A DNA stretch of 64,000 nucleotides from Leptonemataceae bacterium (GCA_965227295.1 OZ245742.1:1632001-1696000); one strand, 5' to 3'; shown: positions 11,052 through 21,514, counted from the first letter of the stretch. Notes: a model not told the origin generated them from the sequence alone. A program made the numbers and translations.

Positions 11052-13121
11052 TCAGAGACTCAGGTGACGCTGCGGTTGCGATTCGGACTCCGATTCCGAT
11101 TTCTGGGCTTCGTTGGTTTTGATGCGCAGCGGAATGTCGTCTTCCGTTTCAGGACCGGCCGCCGTGTCCGGAGTCCCTTCCAGGTTTTGTTCGAGCTCCT
11201 GCTCTTCCAGGCGCTTGAGTTCCCGCTCGCGTTCCCGGCGTTGCAGACGATCGTTGAGTTCTTTCGACTTCTGCGGCGTCCAGTCCGGGAAGGCCGCGTT
11301 CAGCATTTCCCCGGCCACCGGCGCTGCCGAGGCGCCACCGGCGACGCCGTGCTCCACGAAAACGACGACCACCACGGTTTCTTCCGGCGGTGCGCCGTAG
11401 GGGGCGAAGCCGGCAAACCAGGCGTGGTTCTTACCCTTCACACCGCTGCGTGTCTGCGCCGTACCGGTCTTGCCGGCGATGGGGACGGGATACTGCTGCA
11501 GGCGCCGTGCCGTTCCCCGGGTGACCACGGCCCGCATGCCCGCCTGGATCGTCTCCAGGCTTTCGAGGGAAATCGGTACCTCGTTCAGAATCTCCGGTTG
11601 CACCCGGCGCAGCACGCGCCGCGGCTCGGAGGGATCGCGGATCTCTTTCAGAACGTGCGGTCGATAGATCTTGCCGCGGTTTACGAACGAGCTGTAGAGG
11701 ACGGCCATTTCCAGCGGCGTGACCTCTAAGTAGCCCTGACCGATGGCCAGGTTGACCGTGTCGCCGTCGTACCACTTGCTCGAAAGATGGATCTGCTTCC
11801 AGCGTTGATCCGGGACCCGACCGGCAATCTCGCCCGGTAGATCGATGCCGGTGGTTTTGTCGAGGCCGAGCGCGCGGGAGAAGTGAATGATGGGCCGCGA
11901 ACCGATGTGATAGCCGAGATTATAGAAGTAAACGTTGCACGAGTGCGCGATAGCACCCACCATGTCCTGGTGGCCGTGGCCGGCGGTCCAGCAGGAGTAG
12001 TGGGCGTCCGGCGCCCCGGGCATGGTGGATTTCAGCGTGAAGCGGCCGTAGCACTGGTAACCGGTATTCGCGGTCACGTCCTGCTTCGGCGCGCGTTCCA
12101 GTGCGGCCAGAGCGACCAGTGGTTTGAACGTGGACGCCGGCGGGAACTTGCCCTGAATTGCCAGGTTCAGGAAGGCCTTGTGCTGCGTGACGATCTGAAA
12201 GTGCTTGCCCCGTTGTTTGGCGCTGCCGCTGGACAGAATGTTCGGATCGAACGAAGGATGCGATACCAGCGCCAGGATTTCGCCCGTACCCGCATTGATG
12301 GCCACGGCCGCACCGCGCCGACCCGCGTTCTTTAGCGCCCGATAGGCTGCCGCCTGCACGTCCCGATCCACCGTGAGCACCAGGGTGTTGCCCTGTTCGG
12401 TGCCGGCGATTTGTTCCTCGGTATCGATGATGCGGTGGCGGATGCGCACACCGTCGGTGCCGCGCAGCTCCGTATCGTAGATGGATTCCACGCCGGCCTT
12501 GCCCAGGGTCTGATAAGACAGGGCGAGTTTTTGGTCGAGTTGTGAGCGTGTGGGCAGGCCGATGTAGCCGGTGATGTGGGCCGCGGCCGGACCCATGGCA
12601 TAGTAGCGCGTGTGTTTTGGTACGAGTTCGCCGTACTCTTCCAGCAGGCGAAAGACTGCGGCGCGTTCGCGCTCACGTTCGGTCATGTTTTCGAGCAGAG
12701 TGATGCTTTCGTTTTTGCGCACGGCCTTGCGCCACGCCCCGGGCTCCAACTCTTCGGCGTAATCTGCGAAGGGGCGGCCCATCACACCGGAGAAGATGCG
12801 GACGTAGCGCACGGCGTCCTCGCGCTTGCGAAAGCGCGCCGGATAGATGACCAGATCAAAAGAGTGTTTGTTGTAGATGACGGGGGACTTGTCGCCCGGT
12901 TGGAACTTGCGATCGAAGACAAGGCCGCGGGGCGCAACCGTGAACTCCTGGCGCGACACGAACTTCTTGGCCAGGATGCGGTTCTCATAGCCTTTCACTA
13001 ACTGAAGATTTCCCAGTTGAAAGACGAAGATCATCGCCGCCAGGAAGATGAGGCCGGTAAAGATATACAGGCGTTGCTGGAACTTGCGCTCCAGCCGGTA
13101 TTCGTGCAGGGATCTACTCAC
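11052..13121 (-). CDS. mrdA: Penicillin-binding protein 2
   Basis: N-terminal TM, APRG..FDR, catalytic SxxK (PASTFK), SxN (HSCNVYFY) and KTG (AGKTGTAQ). Lies within the mre cluster. Confidence 0.96.
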   Translation of the reverse strand: MSRSLHEYRLERKFQQRLYIFTGLIFLAAMIFVFQLGNLQLVKGYENRILAKKFVSRQEFTVAPRGLVFDRKFQPGDKSPVIYNKHSFDLVIYPARFRKREDAVRYVRIFSGVMGRPFADYAEELEPGAWRKAVRKNESITLLENMTERERERAAVFRLLEEYGELVPKHTRYYAMGPAAAHITGYIGLPTRSQLDQKLALSYQTLGKAGVESIYDTELRGTDGVRIRHRIIDTEEQIAGTEQGNTLVLTVDRDVQAAAYRALKNAGRRGAAVAINAGTGEILALVSHPSFDPNILSSGSAKQRGKHFQIVTQHKAFLNLAIQGKFPPASTFKPLVALAALERAPKQDVTANTGYQCYGRFTLKSTMPGAPDAHYSCWTAGHGHQDMVGAIAHSCNVYFYNLGYHIGSRPIIHFSRALGLDKTTGIDLPGEIAGRVPDQRWKQIHLSSKWYDGDTVNLAIGQGYLEVTPLEMAVLYSSFVNRGKIYRPHVLKEIRDPSEPRRVLRRVQPEILNEVPISLESLETIQAGMRAVVTRGTARRLQQYPVPIAGKTGTAQTRSGVKGKNHAWFAGFAPYGAPPEETVVVVVFVEHGVAGGASAAPVAGEMLNAAFPDWTPQKSKELNDRLQRRERERELKRLEEQELEQNLEGTPDTAAGPETEDDIPLRIKTNEAQKSESESESQPQRHLSL

Positions 13122-13123
13122 AA

Positions 13124-13648
13124 TTACAGGTCCGCCGGTTTAATGCGGTACAGCCAGCCGAGGAACGTAAACCAGATCGGGGCGATCAGTCCGGTGTACA
13201 CGGCCGGCCCTACCAGAGAATAGTTCCTGTTAAAATCTTCGACCAGTCCCTGGATCGTCCACGCGAAAAATCGCACCAGCAGGGCGGCGGCGAATACCAG
13301 GGCGATGATCGGCGCGGCCTGGTAGCGGTCGAAAACGTGGCTCATCTTACCTAAAATGAAACCGGCCAGGGAGTAGACCAGAGCGTGAATGCCGACGATA
13401 GGCAGGAAGTCTCCCGGACCGCTCCCCATGATCCAGTTGGCGCCGTCTTCCATGAGTCCGGAGAAAAATCCGACCCACAGGCCCACGAACTCCCCGCGGA
13501 ACAGGGAGAAAAAGATTACGAATATTAGAAGAAAGTCGGGGCCGATGGTGCCCGTATTCATGAACTCAAATGTGAGACTCAGGAATTGAATATCTTTCAG
13601 AAAGTACGAGATGACCATCCCGACGCCGATCAACAAGCCCTCAATCAT
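13124..13648 (-). CDS. mreD: Rod shape-determining protein MreD
   Basis: Hydrophobic 174-aa protein with PDFLLIFVIFF and GFFSGLMED, located between mreC and mrdA. Confidence 0.88.
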   Translation of the reverse strand: MIEGLLIGVGMVISYFLKDIQFLSLTFEFMNTGTIGPDFLLIFVIFFSLFRGEFVGLWVGFFSGLMEDGANWIMGSGPGDFLPIVGIHALVYSLAGFILGKMSHVFDRYQAAPIIALVFAAALLVRFFAWTIQGLVEDFNRNYSLVGPAVYTGLIAPIWFTFLGWLYRIKPADL

Positions 13649-13654
13649 TCCGTT

Positions 13655-14878
13655 TTACTGTGCTCCCGGGAGATTGAGATTCTCGATGCGTCGCGGCCGG
13701 CGGTCTTCGTTGTCCTCGGCCGGCGCCGTCTCGGGCTGTTTGCTGCTGTCCGTTGCCGGCGCCGTCCCGGCAGGAGTCGAATCCTCCGCGCTGTTATCTT
13801 CCTGCACGGCTTTTTCCGCCGGCTCTTCCTGTTTCTGCTGGCGACTGCGTGTCACCTCGGGATACTCGGGGGCGCCGAATTCCGTTTCGAGATGATCTTC
13901 CCAGCGCGCTTCGCGGTCCCAGGCTTCGGACCATTCGGATGGTTTCTTCAATACTACGGATACGATATCCAGGCTGCTGATGGGAGCGAGCGGGGCGACG
14001 AAGACCGTCTTGAACTCGCCTTCCCGTGGTCCCTCGTCGGTGATCGTGCCCACGGGAATGCCCGGTGGAAAGATGCCTCCGGCCCCGCTGGAGTAAACGA
14101 TCTGGCCCTGACGAAGGATGCCCGCACGTTTCTCTTTCTCTTCTTCTTTCTGGAGGCCCGCTCCGGAATCCGGGGCGTTGACCTGGCGTCGGTCTTCACT
14201 CGCCCTGGTCGCCTCGCCGCCGGCGAAGTCGGACGTGAGGTAGGTCAATTGCACCTGGGTTACACGGCCGGAGTTCCCGCTGAGTATCGACCACTCCTCG
14301 TTGTCCGCAATGCGCACGCCCATTTTGAAACCGGGATGCGTGAGCGGCTGGATGACGGCCGTGTTCGAATCCACGGCGGCGACCACGCCCACCACGCAAC
14401 GTACGAGATTGTTATCCGGATCGTGGGCACGGGTGAGCACGGGCATGAGCGGCTCAATGCCGTCGGCGCTGCCCTTGTCGATGATGATACGCGGGCTGAT
14501 GGAGTTTAGACGAATGCCCAAGACCTCGGCGCGCACTTCTTTGTAACCGGGCAGCGGGTCGAAACGCAGGGCGGTGCGTAACTTATCGTTTTCTTCTCTT
14601 AAGAAGTCGAACTTATCTTTTTCCAGGCGGTACTCTTCGAGGGCGGCCTGGGCGTTGTCGTAGCGCTGCTCCAGCTCGCGGTACTTGTCCAGTTCCACCC
14701 AGAGCGTTCCCGTAAAGCGCAGGCCGGAGTTTAAAGTTCCGCTGATGCGATCCGCGAGCTTGCCGAAGTAGCCGACACCCTGGGCGAACGGGTTGCTCTG
14801 CCACAGAATGCACATCATGGAGAACGCCACGCAGAACGTGAGGCTTGCGGCGTTGCGGTTTTGAACGAGAACGTGCAC
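13655..14878 (-). CDS. mreC: Rod shape-determining protein MreC
   Basis: TM plus coiled coil (LREENDKLRTAL), IIIDKGSADGI, YSSGAGGIFPPGIPVG. Acidic low-complexity C-terminal tail. Confidence 0.93.
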   Translation of the reverse strand: MHVLVQNRNAASLTFCVAFSMMCILWQSNPFAQGVGYFGKLADRISGTLNSGLRFTGTLWVELDKYRELEQRYDNAQAALEEYRLEKDKFDFLREENDKLRTALRFDPLPGYKEVRAEVLGIRLNSISPRIIIDKGSADGIEPLMPVLTRAHDPDNNLVRCVVGVVAAVDSNTAVIQPLTHPGFKMGVRIADNEEWSILSGNSGRVTQVQLTYLTSDFAGGEATRASEDRRQVNAPDSGAGLQKEEEKEKRAGILRQGQIVYSSGAGGIFPPGIPVGTITDEGPREGEFKTVFVAPLAPISSLDIVSVVLKKPSEWSEAWDREARWEDHLETEFGAPEYPEVTRSRQQKQEEPAEKAVQEDNSAEDSTPAGTAPATDSSKQPETAPAEDNEDRRPRRIENLNLPGAQ

Positions 14879-14945
14879 GAGATACTTTCCGAATGCTGGA
14901 GTGAGCGCGGCGGCGCAGGCCGCGCATTACCGGCGGCCCGCGTAC

Positions 14946-15968
14946 TTACTTCATGCCCGAGCGGATGAACTTCAGCTCATCCAGGTACTTGCCGGTGCCC
15001 ATTACGACGCAGGTCAACGGATTCTCGGCGCGGAAGACCGGAACGCCGGTCTCTTTGCTCAGGAATTTGTCGAGGCCTTTGAGCAGACATCCGCCGCCGG
15101 TCATGACGATGCCGCGCTCGACGATGTCCGCCGCAAGTTCCGGCGGCGTACGTTCGAGGCTGCTCTTGACGGCCTCGAGAATGGCGTCGATGGGTTCTTT
15201 GAGTGCCTTGCGGATTTCGTTGGAGTCGATTTCCAGAGTGCGCGGCAGACCACTGATGGCGTCCCGGCCGCGGAGTTCCATGACCTCGGTCTTCTTCTCC
15301 GGGTAGGCGTTGCCGATGGTAAGTTTGACGTCTTCGGCCATGCGTTCGCCGACGACCAGGTTGTACTGCGTGCGCAGATAGCGGATGATGGACTCATCGA
15401 ATTCGTCCCCGCCGATGCGGATGGAGTCGGCGATGACCATGCCGCCGAGAGAGATGACTGCAATTTCCGTGGTGCCACCGCCGATGTCCACGATCATGGT
15501 GCCGGCCGGTTCGTGGATGGGTACGTTGGCGCCGATGGCCGCGGCCAGGGCTTCTTCAATGAGATAGATTTCCCTGGCGCCGGCTTGCTCGGCTGATTCG
15601 CGGACCGCGCGTTTCTCAACTTCGGTGATGCCCGAGGGAACGCCGATGACCATGCGCGGTTTCACCAGGGTGGTACGCTTGTGCACTTTCTGGATGAAGT
15701 AGCGGATCATTTTTTCGACGGTTTCGAAGTCCGCGATAACTCCGTCTTTCATGGGACGGATGGCGACGATGTCGCCCGGGGTGCGGCCGAGCATGCGCTT
15801 CGCTTCGTGACCGACAGCGAGGACCTTGCCGGTGCTTGATTGCACCGCGACCACCGAGGGCTCCGACAGGACGATGCCCATCCCCTTTACGTGAACCAGA
15901 GTGTTGGCGGTACCAAGGTCGATACCCATGTCGTTGGAAAAGAGACCGTAGATCTGATCGAGAAACAT
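14946..15968 (-). CDS. mreB: Actin-like cell-shape protein MreB
   Basis: Motifs [38 protein letters not shown]. Confidence 0.98.
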   Translation of the reverse strand: MFLDQIYGLFSNDMGIDLGTANTLVHVKGMGIVLSEPSVVAVQSSTGKVLAVGHEAKRMLGRTPGDIVAIRPMKDGVIADFETVEKMIRYFIQKVHKRTTLVKPRMVIGVPSGITEVEKRAVRESAEQAGAREIYLIEEALAAAIGANVPIHEPAGTMIVDIGGGTTEIAVISLGGMVIADSIRIGGDEFDESIIRYLRTQYNLVVGERMAEDVKLTIGNAYPEKKTEVMELRGRDAISGLPRTLEIDSNEIRKALKEPIDAILEAVKSSLERTPPELAADIVERGIVMTGGGCLLKGLDKFLSKETGVPVFRAENPLTCVVMGTGKYLDELKFIRSGMK

Positions 15969-16128
15969 ATGGATGAGTTACCGTGCGGATATGTGTGGAG
16001 CGGCGGGGCTGTCTCCCGGATTCATTATCGGCCGGTATACCGTTACCAGAGCGGTTATGCTTCAGCTTCTGTCAAGAAAACCTGGAAAGTCCGGGGGAAT
16101 TTTGCGTTTTTTCGGCCTCCGCGCACGT

Positions 16129-17232
16129 CTATTCCGCGCTCACCGCTTCGAGCCGCTCTTTGATGAAGTCGTCGCCGCCGCTCATGCGCAGGGCTTCCTC
16201 GAAGAAGTAGCGGGCCGCCCCCGGGCTGCGTTGCACGAGGAAGATTTCTCCTTCCATGCGGACCGCTTCGACTTTCAAAATATCCGGTGCCTCCGGATGA
16301 AACTTTACCTGCCGGGCCAGTCGTAGCGCGCGCAGATAGTCCCGCGCATAATAGTTGCCGTGGCACAGGATGAGGTTCCGCACGTGTTCACCCAGTACGA
16401 GTCGTGCGGCTTTGTCCGCCGGTGACGGCGCTTCGCCAGGCTTCTCGCCGTCACCGGCAGGAGCCTGAGGCTGCGTCGGGGCCGCCGCCGCATCCACGCG
16501 TTCCATGGCAGACAGCATGGCCGCGCGGCGACCGCTGATGGCGAACAGCGCCAGGGCCGCCCAGTCATGAAAGCGCGCCATGCCGGGCTGCAACTCCGCG
16601 TCGGAAACGGATTCCAGGAAATCGAGGAGGTGCGGGTCCGTGCGGCCGGTAAAGAACAGGTCGCCGTAGGAGATCATGAGCCGGGAGGAGTGAAGCATCT
16701 GCGCGTTGAGATCGGGGTCCAGGGCCAGGGCCTTGCGCAATCGCCGGGAGATGCGATGGCCGAGGCGCGGGATCGAAACCTCGGGAATGGACTCGCCCGG
16801 AAATGTGCGCTGGAGCGGAAGATAGCCGCGACCGGTAAGTTGGAGGAGGGTGAGCCCGTTCAGCGGGACGCGCAGTCGCAACTCATAGAACGCCAGCAGG
16901 CCGTGATAATAGTGCACCTCGGCGAGGTCGGGGCTGTTGCGCTCGAGAATTTCGGCGATCCGGCGCGTGTCGTCGAGGTCGGCGAGGATGTCGGCGACGC
17001 CGCCGGCCGATCCGCCATCGCCTTTGAAATCCAGGCGATCCAGCTGGGCTTCGATTTCGGCGGCCCGCCGTTCAATGCGGAGCAGGGCGTCACCGGTGAG
17101 CCGGTAGTAGAGTCGGGGGCCGTAGGCATAGGCTGCGTAGGCCCCGCCGCCGAGAATCGTGACAAAGATCAACCAGCGCCAGAACCGGCCGCCTTTTTTC
17201 TTTTTTCCAGGTTCAAAAGGCTGCGTGTACAT
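16129..17232 (-). CDS. Membrane-anchored helical/TPR-like hypothetical protein
   Basis: KKKKGGRFWRWLIFV... TM anchor. TPR-like segments (AEVHYYHGLLAF, EGEIFLVQRSPGAARYFFEEAL). Confidence 0.65.
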   Translation of the reverse strand: MYTQPFEPGKKKKGGRFWRWLIFVTILGGGAYAAYAYGPRLYYRLTGDALLRIERRAAEIEAQLDRLDFKGDGGSAGGVADILADLDDTRRIAEILERNSPDLAEVHYYHGLLAFYELRLRVPLNGLTLLQLTGRGYLPLQRTFPGESIPEVSIPRLGHRISRRLRKALALDPDLNAQMLHSSRLMISYGDLFFTGRTDPHLLDFLESVSDAELQPGMARFHDWAALALFAISGRRAAMLSAMERVDAAAAPTQPQAPAGDGEKPGEAPSPADKAARLVLGEHVRNLILCHGNYYARDYLRALRLARQVKFHPEAPDILKVEAVRMEGEIFLVQRSPGAARYFFEEALRMSGGDDFIKERLEAVSAE

Positions 17233-17254
17233 CTCGAATGCTGAGTGTCACGGA

Positions 17255-18073
17255 CTACACGGCGCGGATTCTTGCATTCTTTTTAATGTGAGCTTTGATT
17301 TCGTCCACCCGGGGCGTGAGAAATACCGGGATGGCGCGATCAGCAGGAATCGGCACCAGGGCGAGGCCACCCGGTTGGAAGACGATCTGGTCCAGGTCTC
17401 CGGCGGAGTAGCTATAACTGGCGTTTCCGCTGTGGATCTGGAAGCGGCCGGATTCCAGGATCATGGTGCCTTTGCCGATGCGGCGAAGTTCCGAGAACAG
17501 GCGGGCCGGCAGATCGCCGCCGCGGCCGAGCTGGTCGGGAATCTTGCGGCCGTGATCCAGGTAGAGCGTTCCCGGGACGATGAGTTGTTCCGGTTCCGGT
17601 TCGTGGTGTTCGGTTTTCTCGAAAATACGCAGGCGGTCGTTGAGGCTTTCCGTGTCGATGCGCTGGAACGTGGTCAGCCGACGGCGGAGTTCTTCGAGGT
17701 TCGCGTGCTCTTCCCGGCGGCGGCGTTTCGTTGCCGGCTCCGGTTGCTCGTCCGGAACATCGTTCCGCTCAAAATCTTCGTCAAGGTTCGGCGATTCCGG
17801 GGCCGGCAGCGGTCCGGTCGCGGCAGCGCGGCGTCCCGGTCGCCGATAGGCAGCGCCGGAACCGGCGTACGGATCGCCCGCGTAGGGATCCGAGATGTCA
17901 AAGCTACCGCCGTTCGAGTCGGCGACATCCGGCACGGTAGTCGTGCGGCCCGGGGGTGCCGGGGCCGGGCCCGGCGCGGAAACGGCCGGCGGGGCCAGGC
18001 GAAAGTAACTGAACGCGACATAGGCCATGCAGGCCAGGCCGATGGCAATAAAGGTGAGTGCGAGATAGGTCAT
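17255..18073 (-). CDS. Hypothetical membrane-anchored protein with Pro-rich linker
   Basis: N-terminal TM (LALTFIAIGLACMAYVAF), Pro/Ala-rich linker, globular C-terminus. Co-oriented with the downstream genes. Confidence 0.65.
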   Translation of the reverse strand: MTYLALTFIAIGLACMAYVAFSYFRLAPPAVSAPGPAPAPPGRTTTVPDVADSNGGSFDISDPYAGDPYAGSGAAYRRPGRRAAATGPLPAPESPNLDEDFERNDVPDEQPEPATKRRRREEHANLEELRRRLTTFQRIDTESLNDRLRIFEKTEHHEPEPEQLIVPGTLYLDHGRKIPDQLGRGGDLPARLFSELRRIGKGTMILESGRFQIHSGNASYSYSAGDLDQIVFQPGGLALVPIPADRAIPVFLTPRVDEIKAHIKKNARIRAV

Positions 18074-18157
18074 CCCATTCTGATTATCACCGTTTCGCCC
18101 GTCGTGCTAAAGTAATTTTCCGGTAGTCGAAGGCGACGCCGTCGTCAGGATTGCACC

Positions 18158-19396
18158 GTGAACAGCATTCTTGATTCGATTAAATCCGCCGGCGCCTGGA
18201 TCATCATCGTCCTTCTGGCCGGCATGATGGCCATTACCTTTACCGGCGAAACCGATCTGAACATTGAGCAGGCGCTCTCCGGTCGCAACAGTGTCGGCGA
18301 ATTCGACGGCGAGACGATCGACGCGCAGGACTTCCTGGTCTTTCAGAATAACTGCGAGCAGCAGGCGCGGCGTTACCGGGAGCAGTTTCGGGATCTGCTC
18401 GGGCCCGGCCAGTCCATCGATTCCTTTTTTCGCGTGGACGACTGCGTGCAGCGCAGCCTGCAGCAGGCCTACGTTGTGCCGTCCATCGGACGGCGCCTGG
18501 GCCTCGGTGTGTCGGCGGAGTCCGTTCGGGAGGCCGCCGAAAGTGAGGCCCGGCAGATGTACCAGACCCAGGACGCCGTTCTGGAAGAAGATCGCCTGAG
18601 CCTCAACGACATGTACAAACGTGTGCTTCAGGGATTCCCACTGGAATTGCGTCGCCGCCAGCGCCTTACGGATCTTACCGGCAATGTGATTTCGGCGCCC
18701 ATGCCGGTGCCGGATGCGGCCGTCGCCGCGCGCACCGCCGCCGATCGTACGAGCATGAGCCTGCGCCTGGTGCGATACAATACGCCCCAGTTGGTGGCGC
18801 GGTTTAAGAAGACCGTAAGCATCAGCGAAGAACGGTTACGAGAGGTGTACGAGGAAGAGCAGGCCGAACTGGAAGAAGACAAGCGCCGCCCGTTTGAAGA
18901 CGAACGCATCTTCGTTATGGATCGCGTGAAGACCGAGGCCGCCCGGGAAGCGGTGAAGGCCGCGAAAGAGGAACTGAAGCAACTCGGTCGCAAGGCCACG
19001 CTGGAAGACGTCTCCCGCATTCTTCAGACCCCCATCGAAAACGCGGGCCGGGTCACGTTGAAAGAACTTCAGGGCGTGCGGGCCGGGAATACTTCCGTGT
19101 CTCTACTCAAGCCGGAATTTCTGATGGAGCTGGCCGAAAAGCGTACCGGCTTCACCGGCGGGCCGTACGAAGACGGTGAATACACGATTCATGTGGAAGT
19201 GCAGAATCTGAGCACGGGCACGGCGCCGGAAGCGGCCCTGGCCGAAGTGAAGACCAACGTGGCCCAGGGCCTGGCCCGGGAATTCTTCAGTTATCTTTTG
19301 AAAGAAGAAACCCTGCGCGGTCAGTTCTCGTTGCAGCAGGGACTTTTCGGTCCGCCGCCGGGTACGCAAATCCCGCCGGGAGCGCCCGGGCAGTGA
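18158..19396 (+). CDS. SurA N-terminal-domain / PpiD-like membrane-anchored chaperone
   Basis: TM, then VGEFDGETI..DF, LGLGVS.E.V, ISEERLREVYEE and RPFEDER; PpiD/SurA_N-like architecture. Confidence 0.7.
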   Translation: MNSILDSIKSAGAWIIIVLLAGMMAITFTGETDLNIEQALSGRNSVGEFDGETIDAQDFLVFQNNCEQQARRYREQFRDLLGPGQSIDSFFRVDDCVQRSLQQAYVVPSIGRRLGLGVSAESVREAAESEARQMYQTQDAVLEEDRLSLNDMYKRVLQGFPLELRRRQRLTDLTGNVISAPMPVPDAAVAARTAADRTSMSLRLVRYNTPQLVARFKKTVSISEERLREVYEEEQAELEEDKRRPFEDERIFVMDRVKTEAAREAVKAAKEELKQLGRKATLEDVSRILQTPIENAGRVTLKELQGVRAGNTSVSLLKPEFLMELAEKRTGFTGGPYEDGEYTIHVEVQNLSTGTAPEAALAEVKTNVAQGLAREFFSYLLKEETLRGQFSLQQGLFGPPPGTQIPPGAPGQ

Positions 19397-19860
19397 AGGC
19401 CGAGTATATCAATCCCTTCCTGGTTTCCACGACGAACGTCTTCCGGGATTTACTGCAAACGAACCTGGTGCGGGGGCGCACGCTCATCAAGAAGACGCCG
19501 GCTCCGTCGCACGAGATTGCGATTTTCATCGGCGTGAAGGGAAAGAATCCCGGCCAGGTGATCTACTCCATGAACCTGGAAACGATCCTGAAGATTGCCG
19601 GGCGCCTCATGCCCGGTCTGCCCGTGGAGGAACTGAAGAAGGAGTACCGCGACATTATCGGCGAAGTGGCGAACATGATCACCGGCAACGCCATGCAACT
19701 CCTCATTGCCGGAGACGCCGGGCTGGACCTTACCGTGCCGATGGTGGTGGACGTGCGCCAGAAACCGCCGGACATTCCGGTGATGCCGACGATCGGTTTG
19801 AACTTTTATTCCCACTTCGGTTTGATCGAAGCGAACATCGCGTTTAAGGCGATGCAATGA
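19393..19860 (+). CDS. cheX: Chemotaxis phosphatase CheX
   Basis: KAEYINPFL..., IFIGVKG...GQVIYSM, catalytic E-x-x-N (GEVANMITGNA), LTVP. GTGA overlap with the upstream gene. Confidence 0.9.
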   Translation: MKAEYINPFLVSTTNVFRDLLQTNLVRGRTLIKKTPAPSHEIAIFIGVKGKNPGQVIYSMNLETILKIAGRLMPGLPVEELKKEYRDIIGEVANMITGNAMQLLIAGDAGLDLTVPMVVDVRQKPPDIPVMPTIGLNFYSHFGLIEANIAFKAMQ

Positions 19861-19884
19861 TCACCGTAGCGGAGGCTGTCTGAC

Positions 19885-20787
19885 CTGCATCAAAAGAATT
19901 GGATCTTAAGCATCGGCTTTGTCGTTCTCTGGAACTCCGGCTTCATTGGTGCGGAGTATGCCCTCCCGTTTACTGAGCCTCTCACTCTGCTCTTCTGGCG
20001 TTACTGGCTGCTCGCGTTCGTTTTGCTGATCTATCTTTTCCTGCGCAAGAGATTGCAATGGCCGGGGGCGAAGGCCGTTCTCATCGCTCTGCTCGTCGGC
20101 GTTCTGGCGCACGGCACCTGGCTCGGATGCGTCTTCTATTCTTTGCAGTATGGCGTACCTTCGGGAATCGTCGCTCTCGTTGTGGCGCTCCAGCCTATGA
20201 CCACGGGCATCCTCTCCGGGCTGGTTGTCGGCGAACGAACTCCACTGATTCGCTGGATCGGTTTGTTGATCGGCTTCGTGGGGGTCATGATCGCGGTGGC
20301 GGCTCGCATCGAATTTTCCGATCCGGACTCCATCTTTGCGTACCTGATCCCGTTCGGATCGGTGGCGGCGATTACGGCCGCGAGTTTGATTCAGCGTCGC
20401 CTTGAGGTGGAACGCAACGCCTATCGTTTGTCCGTGGACCGCGGTCTGTTTTATCAGAGTCTCGGCGTGGCTCTCGCGGTTTCTGTGCCCGCGATTCTAT
20501 TCGAAGGACTCGTTACGGAATGGACGCCATTGTTCGTCGGTGGACTGCTGTGGTTGGTCCTGGTCGTTTCGCTGGGGGCGTATGGTTTGATGTGGGTGTT
20601 GATTGAACGCATCGATGCAACGCGCGTGGCGAGCCTGTTTTACTTCGGGCCGCCGGTCACGATGTTGATGGCGTGGTTGGCCTTCGGCGATCGTCTCCTG
20701 AGTACGGACCTGGCCGGGTTGGCGATTATTTTCGCCGGTGTGATTCTCGCTCAGAGAACTGAAGTCCGCGAGAGCGAACGGGTGTAG
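19885..20787 (+). CDS. DMT/EamA-family transporter
   Basis: The frame of ORF 20023 extends upstream through the typical EamA start FVVLWNSGFIGAEYALPFTEPLTLLFWRY back to a stop at 19867-19869. Also VALQP, ASLFY.GPP and AWLAFGD motifs. Start uncertain (CTG 19885). Confidence 0.85.
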   Translation: MHQKNWILSIGFVVLWNSGFIGAEYALPFTEPLTLLFWRYWLLAFVLLIYLFLRKRLQWPGAKAVLIALLVGVLAHGTWLGCVFYSLQYGVPSGIVALVVALQPMTTGILSGLVVGERTPLIRWIGLLIGFVGVMIAVAARIEFSDPDSIFAYLIPFGSVAAITAASLIQRRLEVERNAYRLSVDRGLFYQSLGVALAVSVPAILFEGLVTEWTPLFVGGLLWLVLVVSLGAYGLMWVLIERIDATRVASLFYFGPPVTMLMAWLAFGDRLLSTDLAGLAIIFAGVILAQRTEVRESERV

Positions 20788-20806
20788 CGAGAATCACGCC
20801 CGTGGC

Positions 20807-21514
20807 TCAGGCACAGCAGGCAAAGTAACATGAGTGAAACGCGCGCAACTGATCGTCCAGTTTGACCGGACGTTTGTCGCGTATTTCCACAAAGAACTCC
20901 TGTAGCGTGAAATCGCGACCCATGCCTGCATCATACGTTTCATAGCAGCCGTGAATCTCGGCCTGGACCCGAATTCTGTCGCCATCCGGAGCCCAGGTTC
21001 CGACGCTCGCGCGCGGGGCTTCTTTGACACATGCCGGCATGCCGTCCACACCGCGAATGGATCCATCGGACTCAAAAATGTACAGATACCCACAATCGTT
21101 GACGGTCAATGCCCCGCCCTGGTGGATCCAATTGTACATTGCAGGACTCAAGCAGCCGCCGCTGACCCACTTGTTGTCGGCTTCGACACAGGCTTGAATG
21201 GTTTTCCGAAGTTCCTGGTCATCGGACAGGTAGGCCGAGAACACATAACCTTCCTGTTCCTGATAGGCGACCTGATACCAACTCCCCTGTTTGCCGGCCA
21301 CGGTCACCTGAGGAGCATCGGAGGCCAGGATCTCAACCGATTCGCCGGCCGGTATGGAAGCGAGGATCTTCCCGCCTGGTTCGTCCCGCAGGCTGAGGGA
21401 TGAGCCGGTAACAAACATCTCGGGATTCCCGCAGACTGTCAGAAGAGTGATCGTGAGCAGGAGTATTCGGAAATACTTCACTCTGTGCTGAACTAACCTT
21501 GTGATATTGGCCAT
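20807..21514 (-). CDS. Bacterial SH3-domain lipoprotein
   Basis: Lipobox-like LLTVC, then VTGSSLSLRDEPGGKILASIPAGESVEIL...GSWYQVAY..EGYVFSAYL (SH3b). Cys-rich C-terminus. Confidence 0.8.
   Translation of the reverse strand: MANITRLVQHRVKYFRILLLTITLLTVCGNPEMFVTGSSLSLRDEPGGKILASIPAGESVEILASDAPQVTVAGKQGSWYQVAYQEQEGYVFSAYLSDDQELRKTIQACVEADNKWVSGGCLSPAMYNWIHQGGALTVNDCGYLYIFESDGSIRGVDGMPACVKEAPRASVGTWAPDGDRIRVQAEIHGCYETYDAGMGRDFTLQEFFVEIRDKRPVKLDDQLRAFHSCYFACCA

Noticed and set aside
14360..14375. GTTCGAATCC tRNA T-loop-like sequence
   Set aside because: Lies inside mreC with no cloverleaf around it.
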